Assembly (NCBI GenBank): GCA_934670175.1
Contig: CAKUOX010000003.1
Location: 1,279-65,278, forward strand
Length of the DNA: 64,000 nucleotides
Reading direction: 5' to 3'
DNA from: an uncultured Clostridia bacterium
GTDB taxonomy: Bacteria > Bacillota > Clostridia > Christensenellales > Aristaeellaceae
Shown here in pieces: positions 8,873 through 19,306 of this stretch (position 1 is the stretch's first letter; every line of letters begins with the position of its first letter). The translations under genes were made by a program, and so were the position numbers. The notes below the pieces were generated by a model. That model had not been told where the DNA came from. It saw only the letters and a program-made list of their open reading frames with translations, and ran no database searches.

Positions 8873-10414
8873 TCACGTTCTTCGATCCAAAACTTCCGGT
8901 GTGCTTGCCTCACCACGATATGCCTGTGGTGTCTTCCCATTGGCCTTTTTAAACACCTTTGAGAAATAGTTGGAATCCTTATACCCCACTTCCGCACTGA
9001 CCTCCGCAATGGAACGCGACGAATCCTTCAGCAGCTGCATGGCGTGTTCCATGCGCAAATGCGTAACGAATTCAATATAGCTCAATCCCGTTGTTTCCTT
9101 CAGGATGCGTCCAAGATAACCCTGTGAAAAGAAAAAACGTGCCGACAGGGCAGATAGGGGCACATCTCGATTGTAGTTGGCGTAGATATAATCCAATATC
9201 GGCCGAATACGGTTTGGCGCCTTCACAATCCCCTGCCTGTCTACCAGCAGATTCAGGCATTCACGGAAATAGGTGTTCAGCTCCTCCTTGCCATGAATAC
9301 GCATGTAAGAAGAAAGCTCTAACAGTTCCGAATCATTCTCCAGACCCGCGCGCGGCTCCTGATGGTTCAGTGTAACGAACAGATCAAACATGACCAGTTT
9401 TTGGCGTTCAAAGCTACCATGGGCAAAGCTGGCGTCCACCTCGCTCTGTATCATTGCCAGGACCTCAAAGGCGCGCTGCAAATCCTGACCTTGCAGCGCT
9501 TCGAGCAGCCTGAGTTCACTGTCAAACGGATAAGGATATTTTCTGCGTACATCAGCATCGCAACAGCACACATCCTCGTGCGAATCCATCAGTGCTACCG
9601 CTTGCATATAGCTATGACAGATTTCTCGAAGTGACGCATAGTGGGTGCCGATGCGAATGCGCATGTGCAGCTGAAAGCGCAGCTGCGCCTCCGAGCACAA
9701 TCCATGAAAAGTTTTCTGAAGCAGTTCTGCCTCCAGACCTTTTAGCATTAGCACAAACAGCCTCCTGCCGTGCCATAGTACGCGGGAGATTCCCCGACAG
9801 CGGCGACATAGCCATGACAGCACCTCATTCTGCGCATCCATATCAGTTTCGACGATGGCGATCATGCCCATCTCCGCCGAAATCCCGTGCATTTTTTGCA
9901 ACGTACGGATCATGTCCGGTGATCCTGCACGAATTGCATAGAACAACTCGTCCACCGGCTGATCTGGCATGCCAACGCTTCCAAGCGTATTGAGCCGGTC
10001 GATCAGGCGATGTTTCTTTTTTTCTACCAGCGTACATACCCGATGCATTTCCCGAATCAAATCTGTTTCCGAAACTGGCTTGACCATAAAGCCCAGCACG
10101 CCCAAATCAAGCGCTTCTTTGGCATGCTCAAAATAATCATAGGCCGATATGATAACAAAGCTGATATCGCTTCCTTCAGCGCGCAGCAGGCGTATAGCTT
10201 CCAATCCGCTAAGTTTGGGCATGTGGATATCCATCAACACAATATCAGGCGTATGCTCGCAGCAGAAGCGCACAGCATCCAGCCCGTTTTCAACCTCTCC
10301 GATCACGCGCAACCACGGTAACCCACGTGACAACATCAATCGATAAGCGTCGCGGTCAAGCTTTTCATCATCCACAATCAAAACGCTCAATTCATGTTCA
10401 GTCATTGCTGCCAC
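8873..10414 (-). CDS. Response regulator with AraC-type HTH output (YesN-like)
   Basis: Receiver motif DIVLMDIHMPKLSG. C-terminal AraC HTH with GYKDSNYFSKVFKK. Confidence 0.85.
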   Translation of the reverse strand: MAAMTEHELSVLIVDDEKLDRDAYRLMLSRGLPWLRVIGEVENGLDAVRFCCEHTPDIVLMDIHMPKLSGLEAIRLLRAEGSDISFVIISAYDYFEHAKEALDLGVLGFMVKPVSETDLIREMHRVCTLVEKKKHRLIDRLNTLGSVGMPDQPVDELFYAIRAGSPDMIRTLQKMHGISAEMGMIAIVETDMDAQNEVLSWLCRRCRGISRVLWHGRRLFVLMLKGLEAELLQKTFHGLCSEAQLRFQLHMRIRIGTHYASLREICHSYMQAVALMDSHEDVCCCDADVRRKYPYPFDSELRLLEALQGQDLQRAFEVLAMIQSEVDASFAHGSFERQKLVMFDLFVTLNHQEPRAGLENDSELLELSSYMRIHGKEELNTYFRECLNLLVDRQGIVKAPNRIRPILDYIYANYNRDVPLSALSARFFFSQGYLGRILKETTGLSYIEFVTHLRMEHAMQLLKDSSRSIAEVSAEVGYKDSNYFSKVFKKANGKTPQAYRGEASTPEVLDRRT

Positions 10415-11921
10415 CCTTTCTTTCCAGATAAAGGAACAACGTTACGTTCAGCCCATCCTCATTTTTCAGTTCTACTACGTCCTGTCGCTTGTAATAGTGC
10501 TGCAGGCGCTTAACAACATTCAACATACCCACATGTTTGTGGTCGGATATGTTGACATCAGGATCGTTGAACAGCGTCATGAGCGCCTCAAGTTTTTCCT
10601 GCGGCATACCGCAGCCGTTATCATGTATGCTGACGCAAACACAATTGTCGCCGCGCGTGACTGAAATATAGATCCGACCATCGGACATGCGATTGGCTAA
10701 TCCGTGGTTGTAGCAGTTTTCTACAATGGGCTGAAGCACCATGCGCGGCATGACAATCTCTGATAATCCAGGCTCAATGTCCGTCTGAATGGAAATACGG
10801 TTGCCGAAGCGCACACTTTGAACGTAGGTATAATCCGCCACATTGCGCAGCTCACCTGCCAAAGTGACGCTCGCATCACTCTGCCTGAAATTGTAGCGCA
10901 GCAGATCCGATATAACGCTACAAATCTCGCAGGTACGTTCCGCACCATCCAGATAGGCGGTATGATGCAGCGTACTCATGCAGTTGAACAAAAAGTGTGG
11001 ATTGATCTGCTCCTGAAGCCGCCTTAGTTCCAGCTGGTCGTACATGGTCTTGATGCGCAGGTTTTCTATCTGCCGCTCGTTCAGTTCCTGCACCATGCGC
11101 GAGCGCTTGCTGACCTCCTCGATGTTTTCCTGAATGGTTTGGCTCATGTTGAACATGGTATCCGAAAGAAGATTAAAGTCCTTTTCCTCATCAAAGCGCA
11201 GTTTTTCATCAGGATAGTTTCCTTCGGATATCTGCTGTGCCATTTCTGCCAGTTGATAAATCGGGTCAATAAAACGCCGATCCATGCAAATGAAAAACAG
11301 CAGTGCATAAGCGACAAAGCATATGGCAAACCCCGGCAAACAATACTTAAACAGATCCAGCTGGCGCGCAATCCGCTGTGCAAGAATGCTCACCTGCTCA
11401 TTCAAGGTGGCGGACAGCCGACTGGTCTCCAACAATATGTTTTCGGCAATGCCGTCCAGTCGTGCGGAAACGTTGCCCATATCTGCATAATCCTGTACGT
11501 TTATAGCCGCAATCAGGATTTCACCATGCCTTCGATAGGTTTCCAGCATATTTCGTGTATCACTGAGCAAATAGTAGGTATCGTAATTGTGGGCAGGTAT
11601 ATCAAGCTGGGCAAAACGCTGGATCAGCGTAGACATATCACTTTCCAGCGCCTTAATACGCTCTTCGGGCGCATAGGTAATCAGCGACATCAATTTCTGA
11701 TGAGTATCTCGGACACAGACGTCAGCCTCGCTTATTTCTACGCCCAATGCATTGATCTGGTCAAGCCGCACCGATACGTTGTGCAAATTGGTCAACAGCA
11801 CGAAGATCACTGCAAAAAACATCAGTCCGAGCAGTGCAGCGTAATAAATAAGCTTGCGTTTCAATGGTAACGTACGAAGTCTAAGAAACAGTTTTTTCAT
11901 AATACACATCAATATTCTCAC
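10398..11921 (-). CDS. Membrane sensor histidine kinase (LytS/YesM type)
   Basis: N-terminal TM, a HAMP-like linker, the His-kinase motif NPHFLFNCMSTL and the HATPase motif HDNGCGM. It overlaps the regulator by 17 nt. The start may be 11909 or 11900 instead. Confidence 0.85.
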   Translation of the reverse strand: MRILMCIMKKLFLRLRTLPLKRKLIYYAALLGLMFFAVIFVLLTNLHNVSVRLDQINALGVEISEADVCVRDTHQKLMSLITYAPEERIKALESDMSTLIQRFAQLDIPAHNYDTYYLLSDTRNMLETYRRHGEILIAAINVQDYADMGNVSARLDGIAENILLETSRLSATLNEQVSILAQRIARQLDLFKYCLPGFAICFVAYALLFFICMDRRFIDPIYQLAEMAQQISEGNYPDEKLRFDEEKDFNLLSDTMFNMSQTIQENIEEVSKRSRMVQELNERQIENLRIKTMYDQLELRRLQEQINPHFLFNCMSTLHHTAYLDGAERTCEICSVISDLLRYNFRQSDASVTLAGELRNVADYTYVQSVRFGNRISIQTDIEPGLSEIVMPRMVLQPIVENCYNHGLANRMSDGRIYISVTRGDNCVCVSIHDNGCGMPQEKLEALMTLFNDPDVNISDHKHVGMLNVVKRLQHYYKRQDVVELKNEDGLNVTLFLYLERKGGSND

Positions 11922-12864
11922 GGGTCAGTACCCGCATATCCACTTCGACCACATAGGGCAAACCGCCGTTTTGAATATAGTGAGCGAGTTCCTTCACAGC
12001 TGCACGACCTACCGAATAGGCATTTTCGGTAAGCAATGCACTAATGATCCCGATTTCCAGATAATCATATACCGTCTGGGATTCGCCGCAGCCGATCACA
12101 CATATGTCGCTCCTGCCAGCATCGCTCAGGCACTGGGCTACCGCTCCCGTAATAGTTTCATCCAGACAAAAGAACGAGTTATAGTGAAAACTGCTATCCA
12201 GAAGCTCCTTGGTCAGTTCATATGCATCGGCATTATTCAACTCACGCACATTCTCTGTGCCCATGTAATAGCCATCTTTCCCCCGCATGTACCTTGAAAA
12301 GCCCCTGATTTTATCCAGGCATTCGCCAGTCTGTCGATTCAGCGGATAGCTAATGATAGCCGTACGCGCACCATCGGGCATCATTTCGCATATCAACTGC
12401 GCAGCCCTTTCGCCAAATTGCTGATAATCCACGCCAATATGCACACGGCGCTGGCTACCGTAAATATCATCCACAATGGTGGCGATGGGGATTCCTTCCA
12501 GCGCAGCGCGATCGATCATTTTGCCTGTTTGCACTCTATCTGGGATGTTGGTAATAATGCCGTCAACCTGTGCATCGATAGCACGGGCAAGCGCCTCGAT
12601 ATGCAACGCCGATGCGCTTGATGCAAACTGTTCAAAGCTGATATAGATATCCATCTCATCAGCCATTATACGCATACCACGTTCGAGTTCAGCAGCAAAG
12701 GCACGATTATCGCCACTGTACAACACAGCGATGCGGCAGGACCTGGGCTGGTTGACGATGGAATCCTTATTCCTGCTCCAGCGGCAGGACATAACTATGA
12801 CTGCGATACTGCACAGCGCGAGCAGCGCCGACATCCACGCCAGCAGGTACTTTCGCTTGAACAT
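11881..12864 (-). CDS. Membrane-anchored periplasmic-binding-protein-like sensor partner (XylFII-like)
   Basis: An N-terminal TM is followed by a type I sugar-binding fold (IAVLYSGDN...GIITNIPD). It sits directly upstream of the kinase. Confidence 0.7.
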   Translation of the reverse strand: MFKRKYLLAWMSALLALCSIAVIVMSCRWSRNKDSIVNQPRSCRIAVLYSGDNRAFAAELERGMRIMADEMDIYISFEQFASSASALHIEALARAIDAQVDGIITNIPDRVQTGKMIDRAALEGIPIATIVDDIYGSQRRVHIGVDYQQFGERAAQLICEMMPDGARTAIISYPLNRQTGECLDKIRGFSRYMRGKDGYYMGTENVRELNNADAYELTKELLDSSFHYNSFFCLDETITGAVAQCLSDAGRSDICVIGCGESQTVYDYLEIGIISALLTENAYSVGRAAVKELAHYIQNGGLPYVVEVDMRVLTRENIDVYYEKTVS

Positions 12865-12893
12865 TCTGTCGACCCCCTACTGATCATTTTAAC

Positions 12894-12927
12894 AAAAAAG
12901 TCCGGAATTGCCAAGCGGCAATTCCAG
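12894..12927 (-). terminator. Intrinsic terminator after the SBP gene
   Basis: Minus strand GGAAUUGCC-GCUU-GGCAAUUCC followed by GGACUUUUUUG. Confidence 0.6.
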
Positions 12928-12946
12928 ACAGAAACTGCGATAGTGA

Positions 12947-13924
12947 TCAGAAGCTGAAACTATCAACATTTTCGGCGGTGATAATCAGCGGATCACCCAA
13001 AATGATTTCACCATTCGTAATGGAAATCTTGCCCCAACCTTCCAGTTCGGTACCATCAGTAACTTCTGTGCCCTTGATCAGCGCGTCAGCTACGCGAATC
13101 GTCAGCTCGCCGAATGCCTCCACGTCCCACAAACATGCAGAATAGATAGCGCCGCTCTTTAAATAAGCATTGCTCATGGAGGGCTCAACCGCGCCGCAAA
13201 CCACGATCTCACCGATCTTGCCAGCATCGATCACTGCCTGAGCGGCAGCTGGCGGCGCAGGAGAGGTAACGCCCAGAATACCCTTCAGATTTGGATAGGC
13301 AGAGATCAGGTTTTGAGCGATGGAATATGCCTTATCCTGATCGTCATCGCACGGTTCGACGGTCAGCAACGTCATTTCCGGATACGCCTCAGCAATCCGT
13401 ACCTTGCAGGCTTCTACCCACGCGGCGCAGTCTACGGCGGTCAACGCGCTCGTAATGATAGCGAACTCACCTTTTTCACCCATCGCTTTCGCCAGCTCGT
13501 CAGTCATAGCATAGCCAAACTGATCGTAGTTGATGCTGTTGACGAAGGCATCGCGGAAATCAGTCTGCACGTCGCAGCCCCAAGTAACGACCTTGATACC
13601 GGCCTGACGCGCCTTATTCAGCACAGGCAGGATAGAATCAGAATCTGTCGGCTGGATGCAGATAGCATTCACATGCTGATTAATCAGGTCGGTGACGATG
13701 TTAGCCTGAGAAACGGCGTCGACTTCGGTAGGACCGATGTAGTAAACGTCGACACCCAGTTCTTCACCAGCACGCTGAGCGCCAGTATTGGCCGCTTCAA
13801 AATAGGTAATACCTACCTGCTGCGGCACAAACGCAACCACGGGCTTGTCCTCTGCCAACGCAGTGAAGGCTCCGAAGAGCAGCATCAACGCGGCCAGAAA
13901 AACGGCGAGACACTTTTTGAACAT
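12947..13924 (-). CDS. ABC transporter sugar-type substrate-binding protein (LsrB/RbsB-like)
   Basis: Signal peptide followed by VAFVPQQVGITYFEAANTGAQ, with a type I PBP fold. Confidence 0.85.
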   Translation of the reverse strand: MFKKCLAVFLAALMLLFGAFTALAEDKPVVAFVPQQVGITYFEAANTGAQRAGEELGVDVYYIGPTEVDAVSQANIVTDLINQHVNAICIQPTDSDSILPVLNKARQAGIKVVTWGCDVQTDFRDAFVNSINYDQFGYAMTDELAKAMGEKGEFAIITSALTAVDCAAWVEACKVRIAEAYPEMTLLTVEPCDDDQDKAYSIAQNLISAYPNLKGILGVTSPAPPAAAQAVIDAGKIGEIVVCGAVEPSMSNAYLKSGAIYSACLWDVEAFGELTIRVADALIKGTEVTDGTELEGWGKISITNGEIILGDPLIITAENVDSFSF

Positions 13925-13970
13925 AACCAGAAACCTCCTTACAATAATTATCCGCAGTGCGGAAATCTAA

Positions 13971-14939
13971 TCAGTGGGTAGTCGCCCTGTCGCGGCGACG
14001 CATTTTCATGCCGGAAATCACAGCAGGCAATACGTTTTCATTCAATACCAGCACCGATATCAGCAATAGACCAAGTATAAATTGCTGGATATAGGGTGAA
14101 ACTCCGATATGGTTCAGGCCATTATTCAACAGCGAAAAGATAGCTACCCCCAGCAGCGCACCAATCGGTGAGCCGCTACCGCCAGCCATACTCGCGCCGC
14201 CCAACACCACCGCTGCAATACACTTCGTCTCATACGAGGCGCCCAAATCCAGGCGAGCTGTCGCTACGCGAGAAGACATAATGACGCCGGAAATCGCCGC
14301 CAACAGTGAACTGACAACATAGGCACTGGTAATGGTAGACGCGGTATTTACACCAGAATACTCCGTAGCGACTGGATTATTACCCACGGCATAGAGCTTG
14401 ACACCCCACGATGTACGCTTGAGCAGCAACGTCAGCACAATGGTGATAATGATCAGCAGCCACGTTTGAGCCGGCACGCCCAATATACTTTCCTGACCGA
14501 GGAACCAGTAACTGATCGGGAATCCCGATACGGCGTTGCCCTCACTAATAACATAGGAGATGCCTGTATACAGCATGGAAAGCGACAGCGTCATCAGCAT
14601 AGGAGCGACCTTCAGCCTTGAAATAAACAGCCCTGTGATCAATCCCATGAGCAGCGAGGCCAACAGAGCAACGATAACGGCTACTACGATCGGAACGCCC
14701 AACTTATATAATGAAATGATGATCAGCGACGTCAGGCCGCACACAGAGCCCATCGTCAGGTTGATACCGGATACCATGATGGCCAGCATCATACCATAGG
14801 CCATAATACCGAACTCTGCCATAGTGGTAGTAATGGACATAAGGTTGGCAACGTTCAGGAAATGCTCGCCGCCAATGGAAAATATAACCATCAGCACGAC
14901 GATCAGCGAAGCACAGATAATTTGGCTCAGCTTCTTCAT
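13971..14939 (-). CDS. ABC transporter permease (RbsC/LsrD-like)
   Basis: 322 aa and polytopic. It overlaps the upstream permease gene by 4 nt. Confidence 0.85.
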   Translation of the reverse strand: MKKLSQIICASLIVVLMVIFSIGGEHFLNVANLMSITTTMAEFGIMAYGMMLAIMVSGINLTMGSVCGLTSLIIISLYKLGVPIVVAVIVALLASLLMGLITGLFISRLKVAPMLMTLSLSMLYTGISYVISEGNAVSGFPISYWFLGQESILGVPAQTWLLIIITIVLTLLLKRTSWGVKLYAVGNNPVATEYSGVNTASTITSAYVVSSLLAAISGVIMSSRVATARLDLGASYETKCIAAVVLGGASMAGGSGSPIGALLGVAIFSLLNNGLNHIGVSPYIQQFILGLLLISVLVLNENVLPAVISGMKMRRRDRATTH

Positions 14940-15931
14940 GCATTAACGCCCCCTTCCGGGATCTCCATATCCACATCGATGCGTACCTTTTTGCGACTAG
15001 CATAAGCATTTTGCACCACGTTAACGACAATGATCAGAATCATCAGCGCGCCCTCAAAGAATTTCTGCCAATAGGTCGGCACATACAACAATACCAGCAG
15101 ATTTTCAAATATCTTCATTAAGATCACGCCAAATACCGTACCCACCGGGCTACCGATACCGCCCAGCACGCTGGTACCGCCCAGAATAACGGAAGCAACT
15201 ACTGTCATTTCCAGGTGGAGCGCGCCGCTTGGCTGGATGTTACCCAGACGGGAAGCATTAAGCAGACCTGCGAAGCCACACATCAAGCCGGTGTAAACGT
15301 ACACCAGCATCAAGGTTCGCCGCACATTGATGCCCGCGCGAATAGCTGCCTCAGTGTTTCCGCCTACGGCGTACACAGCGCGTCCAAAGCGCGTGTAACG
15401 CAGTATCCACCATGTGAATGCAACCAGCGCAACTGTGATATACACAGACCACGGCAGACCAAGAAACTTATCGCGCGTCAGGCCGGTTATGAAATCTGGC
15501 AGATTCATCAGCCACTGACTGCCCGTGATGAGCAACAGTAGGCCGCGATACATATTCTGCGTACCAATTGTGGCGATGAAGGGCGGCACCTTCAAATAGG
15601 CGATCAGGAGACCGTTTATAACGCCCATCAACAGCCCGCCAGCCAGACCGGCCAGCAGACACAAAGCCAGGCTACCCGACTGCGAAAGTGCGATAGCGCC
15701 GACAATGTATGCAGTACAGATCATCTCGGCAGCTACGGCAACTTCGATACCACAAGTGATAATGACCATCGTCATGCCACAGCCCAGCAGGATCGTTGGA
15801 ATGCTGTTATTAATGATGTTGGTCAGGTTGCTGATCTGCAAAAACGCAGGAGAGACAACGGATACTACAGCGCACAGGGCCACGATAATCAGCACCAGTG
15901 AAAATTCTCTGGTCTTGACGAGCTTTTTCAT
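14936..15931 (-). CDS. ABC transporter permease (RbsC/LsrC-like)
   Basis: 331 aa and polytopic. Confidence 0.85.
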   Translation of the reverse strand: MKKLVKTREFSLVLIIVALCAVVSVVSPAFLQISNLTNIINNSIPTILLGCGMTMVIITCGIEVAVAAEMICTAYIVGAIALSQSGSLALCLLAGLAGGLLMGVINGLLIAYLKVPPFIATIGTQNMYRGLLLLITGSQWLMNLPDFITGLTRDKFLGLPWSVYITVALVAFTWWILRYTRFGRAVYAVGGNTEAAIRAGINVRRTLMLVYVYTGLMCGFAGLLNASRLGNIQPSGALHLEMTVVASVILGGTSVLGGIGSPVGTVFGVILMKIFENLLVLLYVPTYWQKFFEGALMILIIVVNVVQNAYASRKKVRIDVDMEIPEGGVNA

Positions 15932-17481
15932 TTGCCCTTCCCCCCTGTTCGACTGCTCTGAAGTGCATATTGCATAATCTTTTCCTGTGTTGCGCTCGAA
16001 GCATTCATTTCAGTTACCATCCGCCCCCGCCGCATCACTGCGATCCGATCCGTCATGGTCAGCACCTCCTGTAGCTCTGAGGAAACCACCACGATTGCCA
16101 TGCCCTCGGATGCCAAACGCCGTAGCAGCTTGTGAATTTCAACCTTAGAGCCGATATCTACACCATTTGTAGGCTCATCTACCAGCAGTACCTTCGGTGC
16201 GGTGGCCAGCCATTTACCGATAACAATTTTCTGTTGGTTGCCGCCCGAAAACTCGCGCACCGCCCGAGTAGGAATACGCGGACGAACATCCATCTGTTCG
16301 ATCATCTCATTTGAAATTTTCTGAATCCGTTTTTTCTTCAGAAAACCAAATCGTGTCGTATTGGCGGAATAGTTTACCAACGCCATGTTTTCGTAGGTGT
16401 CAAACTGCATCACCAGCCCGCCATGCTGGCGATCCTCCGGCACATAGGAGATACCCAGCCGTTTGGCCATGCTGGAATTTGTGATATTTACCGGCGTACC
16501 GTCCAGTATTATACTGCCGCTGTCAGGCCGATGCAAGCCAAAGAGCGTTTGAATGACCTCTGTGCGTCCCGAGCCTACCAATCCGGTTATGCCCAGAATC
16601 TCGCCCTGACGTACGCAGAAGCTGATATCATGGTAATAGCCCGCCTTAGACAGATGCTTTACCTCCAATACCACCTTTTCCCCCGCTGCAGACTCATCGT
16701 TCAGGTTGGCATAGCTGATATCGCGGCCCACCATCATGTGAATAATTTCAGCCTCATCCAGCTCGTTGGTTGGCTTGGAACCGATATACCTGCCGTCGCG
16801 CAGCACTGTGACTGTATCAGACAGGCGTTTAACCTCATCCAACTTATGGCTGATAAACAACACCGATATACCGTCCGCCTTCAGCCCTTCGATAATACCG
16901 AACAGGTTCTCAACCTCTTGCCTGGAAAGTGAAGCCGTCGGCTCGTCCATGATAATTAAACGCGAATTGTAGGCGATCGCTCTGGCAATGGCTACCAGCT
17001 GTTGATTGGCAATGCTCAACGAGCCGAGCAGATCCGATGGTTTCAGCGGAATATTTAACCGCGTCAGTGTTTTCTCAGCAATCTCATTGTACTGTTTCCA
17101 ATGAACCAATCCGGTTTTACCCTTGCCGATGCAGATGTTTTCTGCCACGGTCAGGTTCTGAAACAGGCACAGATCCTGATAGATCACGCTTATGCCGCGA
17201 TTCATGCTCTCGTTAATATCACTCAAGCGAATCTGCTGGCCATCCACCAGAATCTCGGTGCCAGGATCAGGTGTATATACACCCGACAGGATTTTAATCA
17301 ATGTTGATTTACCCGCACCGTTTTCGCCTACCAGCGCATGCACCTCTCCGCGGCGTACATGCAACTGCACATCGTCCAATGCCTTAACGCCCGGAAAGGT
17401 CTTGCTGACATGTGATATGGAAAGAAAGAAATCCTCCACTATCCTCGCCTCCTTTCCTTTTTCAGAAGCCCCGTCCGACAA
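15928..17481 (-). CDS. Sugar ABC transporter ATP-binding protein (two fused ABC domains)
   Basis: Walker A GENGAGKSTL and signature LSGGNQQK. A second, degenerate ABC domain is present. Confidence 0.9.
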   Translation of the reverse strand: MSDGASEKGKEARIVEDFFLSISHVSKTFPGVKALDDVQLHVRRGEVHALVGENGAGKSTLIKILSGVYTPDPGTEILVDGQQIRLSDINESMNRGISVIYQDLCLFQNLTVAENICIGKGKTGLVHWKQYNEIAEKTLTRLNIPLKPSDLLGSLSIANQQLVAIARAIAYNSRLIIMDEPTASLSRQEVENLFGIIEGLKADGISVLFISHKLDEVKRLSDTVTVLRDGRYIGSKPTNELDEAEIIHMMVGRDISYANLNDESAAGEKVVLEVKHLSKAGYYHDISFCVRQGEILGITGLVGSGRTEVIQTLFGLHRPDSGSIILDGTPVNITNSSMAKRLGISYVPEDRQHGGLVMQFDTYENMALVNYSANTTRFGFLKKKRIQKISNEMIEQMDVRPRIPTRAVREFSGGNQQKIVIGKWLATAPKVLLVDEPTNGVDIGSKVEIHKLLRRLASEGMAIVVVSSELQEVLTMTDRIAVMRRGRMVTEMNASSATQEKIMQYALQSSRTGGKGK

Positions 17482-18823
17482 AATGCTGCAAACTCACAGG
17501 CAAATCATTAAGCACTTTCACATCGTGGCCATATTTGCCCAGCGTTTTTTCTACCAACACATAATCCATACCAGGGATCACGATATCGTTCCAATGGTTG
17601 CCGAAGCCGCGTACTGCCACATCCAACATAGTAACGATCTGACTGCCAAGCGGCTCATTTGAATTAAGCGTGATTGCACCGTAGAACTCCTGACACTCGG
17701 TGTAGCCGCCGTTATGTGTGCCGGTATACGGTTTTTGCAAAGTCATGTCGATCTGCTTACCAATGCGGCTGGATACCTCGCTGGATTTGGAGGCAAAATA
17801 ATCCACCAATGCCTGTTCCTGAAGCCGCGCGGGCAGATTCTCACGGGCAACGCGCACATAAGCGTCGAGTCCAATACGATATGCTTCTTCCGTAAAATCG
17901 AACCAGTATTTCTGATCATCAGTACGCTTATCGGGATGATCCACACATACCACACTTGCGCGTTCGCATGCAGTCAGGCCATCCCACTTCGGGCCGACAC
18001 CCAGCAGCACATAATCTCCTTCCTGAATACGACGATTTACAGCTTTGCCTATCAGTGTGCGCGTATTTACGCCTGAAGCGACGCTGATATCAAAACCAAG
18101 CTGCTCCACGCCGAGCTCGCAAGCTACGACATGCGCCCACTGAGCCACCTGCGTTTCATACATTCCCGGACGAATAACGCTGGTCATAGCCTCCATCATC
18201 ACGTCACAGATCTTCGCGGCGATCTCTGTCATGTGCATTTCATCGTCGGATTTGATATACTTGAGCTTATAGTATATCTCCTGCCCGTCTATCACCTTGG
18301 AAGCGTCGCCAAAATAATCCACCAGATAAGTGTAAATACTGGCAGGAAGTACCTCGCGCGGAGTAAGCAGCGCAATGTTACTCGGACGGCAGCCGCAGGC
18401 TTCCTCTAGAACATCCTCCACGCGGCATGCCGCTACTGGATAATCCTCATCAGCCAGCTTCAGCATTTCCACCTTGCGTACTTTACAACCAGAGCGCGGT
18501 GCCAGCTGTTCTGCGCAATAACCGCCTTCAAGTCCGGCCAGCAGGAAAAAACCATTCTTGCCTATGATGCCTGCTACCGGCTCAACACTGATATTGGTGT
18601 TGCCGCCAAGATAAGGTACGTCGCCTGAATACTGTTCATCGCTGTATACAAAACCGCAATCGTAGCCGTTCTTTCTCAGTGCGTCGATCAGACGACGATG
18701 ACGCAGCTCAAATTCCTCTGGTCCAAGTCGCATCTCTTTATCAAAAGATGGTGCCCGTCCGAGAATCTCTTCAACGATGTTCGCCTGCTTTCTCCACAAA
18801 CCTGCGTCAAACATAGGGTACAC
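17462..18823 (-). CDS. M24-family (creatinase/prolidase fold) protein with non-canonical active-site residues
   Basis: 453 aa, with a creatinase-N-like N-terminus and a pita-bread C-terminus. GAGGTG SD. First gene of the transporter operon. Confidence 0.7.
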   Translation of the reverse strand: MYPMFDAGLWRKQANIVEEILGRAPSFDKEMRLGPEEFELRHRRLIDALRKNGYDCGFVYSDEQYSGDVPYLGGNTNISVEPVAGIIGKNGFFLLAGLEGGYCAEQLAPRSGCKVRKVEMLKLADEDYPVAACRVEDVLEEACGCRPSNIALLTPREVLPASIYTYLVDYFGDASKVIDGQEIYYKLKYIKSDDEMHMTEIAAKICDVMMEAMTSVIRPGMYETQVAQWAHVVACELGVEQLGFDISVASGVNTRTLIGKAVNRRIQEGDYVLLGVGPKWDGLTACERASVVCVDHPDKRTDDQKYWFDFTEEAYRIGLDAYVRVARENLPARLQEQALVDYFASKSSEVSSRIGKQIDMTLQKPYTGTHNGGYTECQEFYGAITLNSNEPLGSQIVTMLDVAVRGFGNHWNDIVIPGMDYVLVEKTLGKYGHDVKVLNDLPVSLQHFVGRGF

Positions 18824-19218
18824 CTCAATTCCACTGTTTTTGTAAATCTCGCTGAGACGCTCACAGCGTCACAGCCACAATTCTATTTCCTGATTCTATT
18901 GTATCGCATGCGCCTCAGAATTCAATGGAAATAGTACACGGCAATCTGCACAAATGCCATAGCTTGCACTGCGTTTTTATAATCAGTCCGTTTTGAATGA
19001 GTAATAATCAGATATCAGGTTTGATTTTTACCTATTAGGACAATTTCTCACATCTCATCCACGCTTTATATTGCAAATCGCATCATATGCAAATGTTACA
19101 TTTTGTCTGATTCTTTATCGTTTCACACTCAAAACATAATATATTTAGCTATCTATATTATTTTAAGCCGCAGATTTTCAGCCATTTGCTTCGTTTTGAC
19201 CGCATTCCCCCCACATTA

Positions 19219-19247
19219 TTGACAATTTGGCGCTTTATATCTACAAT
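19219..19247 (+). promoter_or_regulatory. Sigma-70-type promoter of the plus-strand M24 gene
   Basis: TTGACA, 17 nt, TACAAT. Confidence 0.5.
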
Positions 19248-19306
19248 TAGTACAGTCGTTATATCCTTTTTACTTATACTGATGCCACACAGAAAGGAGA
19301 ATGCCC

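Noticed and set aside
8652-8876. 74-aa ORF sharing a 47-aa peptide with the ORF at 20507-20719.
   Set aside because: The shared peptide is just the translation of the 142-nt nucleotide repeat. There is no SD, the composition is Arg/Ser-rich, and the similarity ends exactly at the repeat edges. The repeat is better explained as RNA or an att-like sequence.
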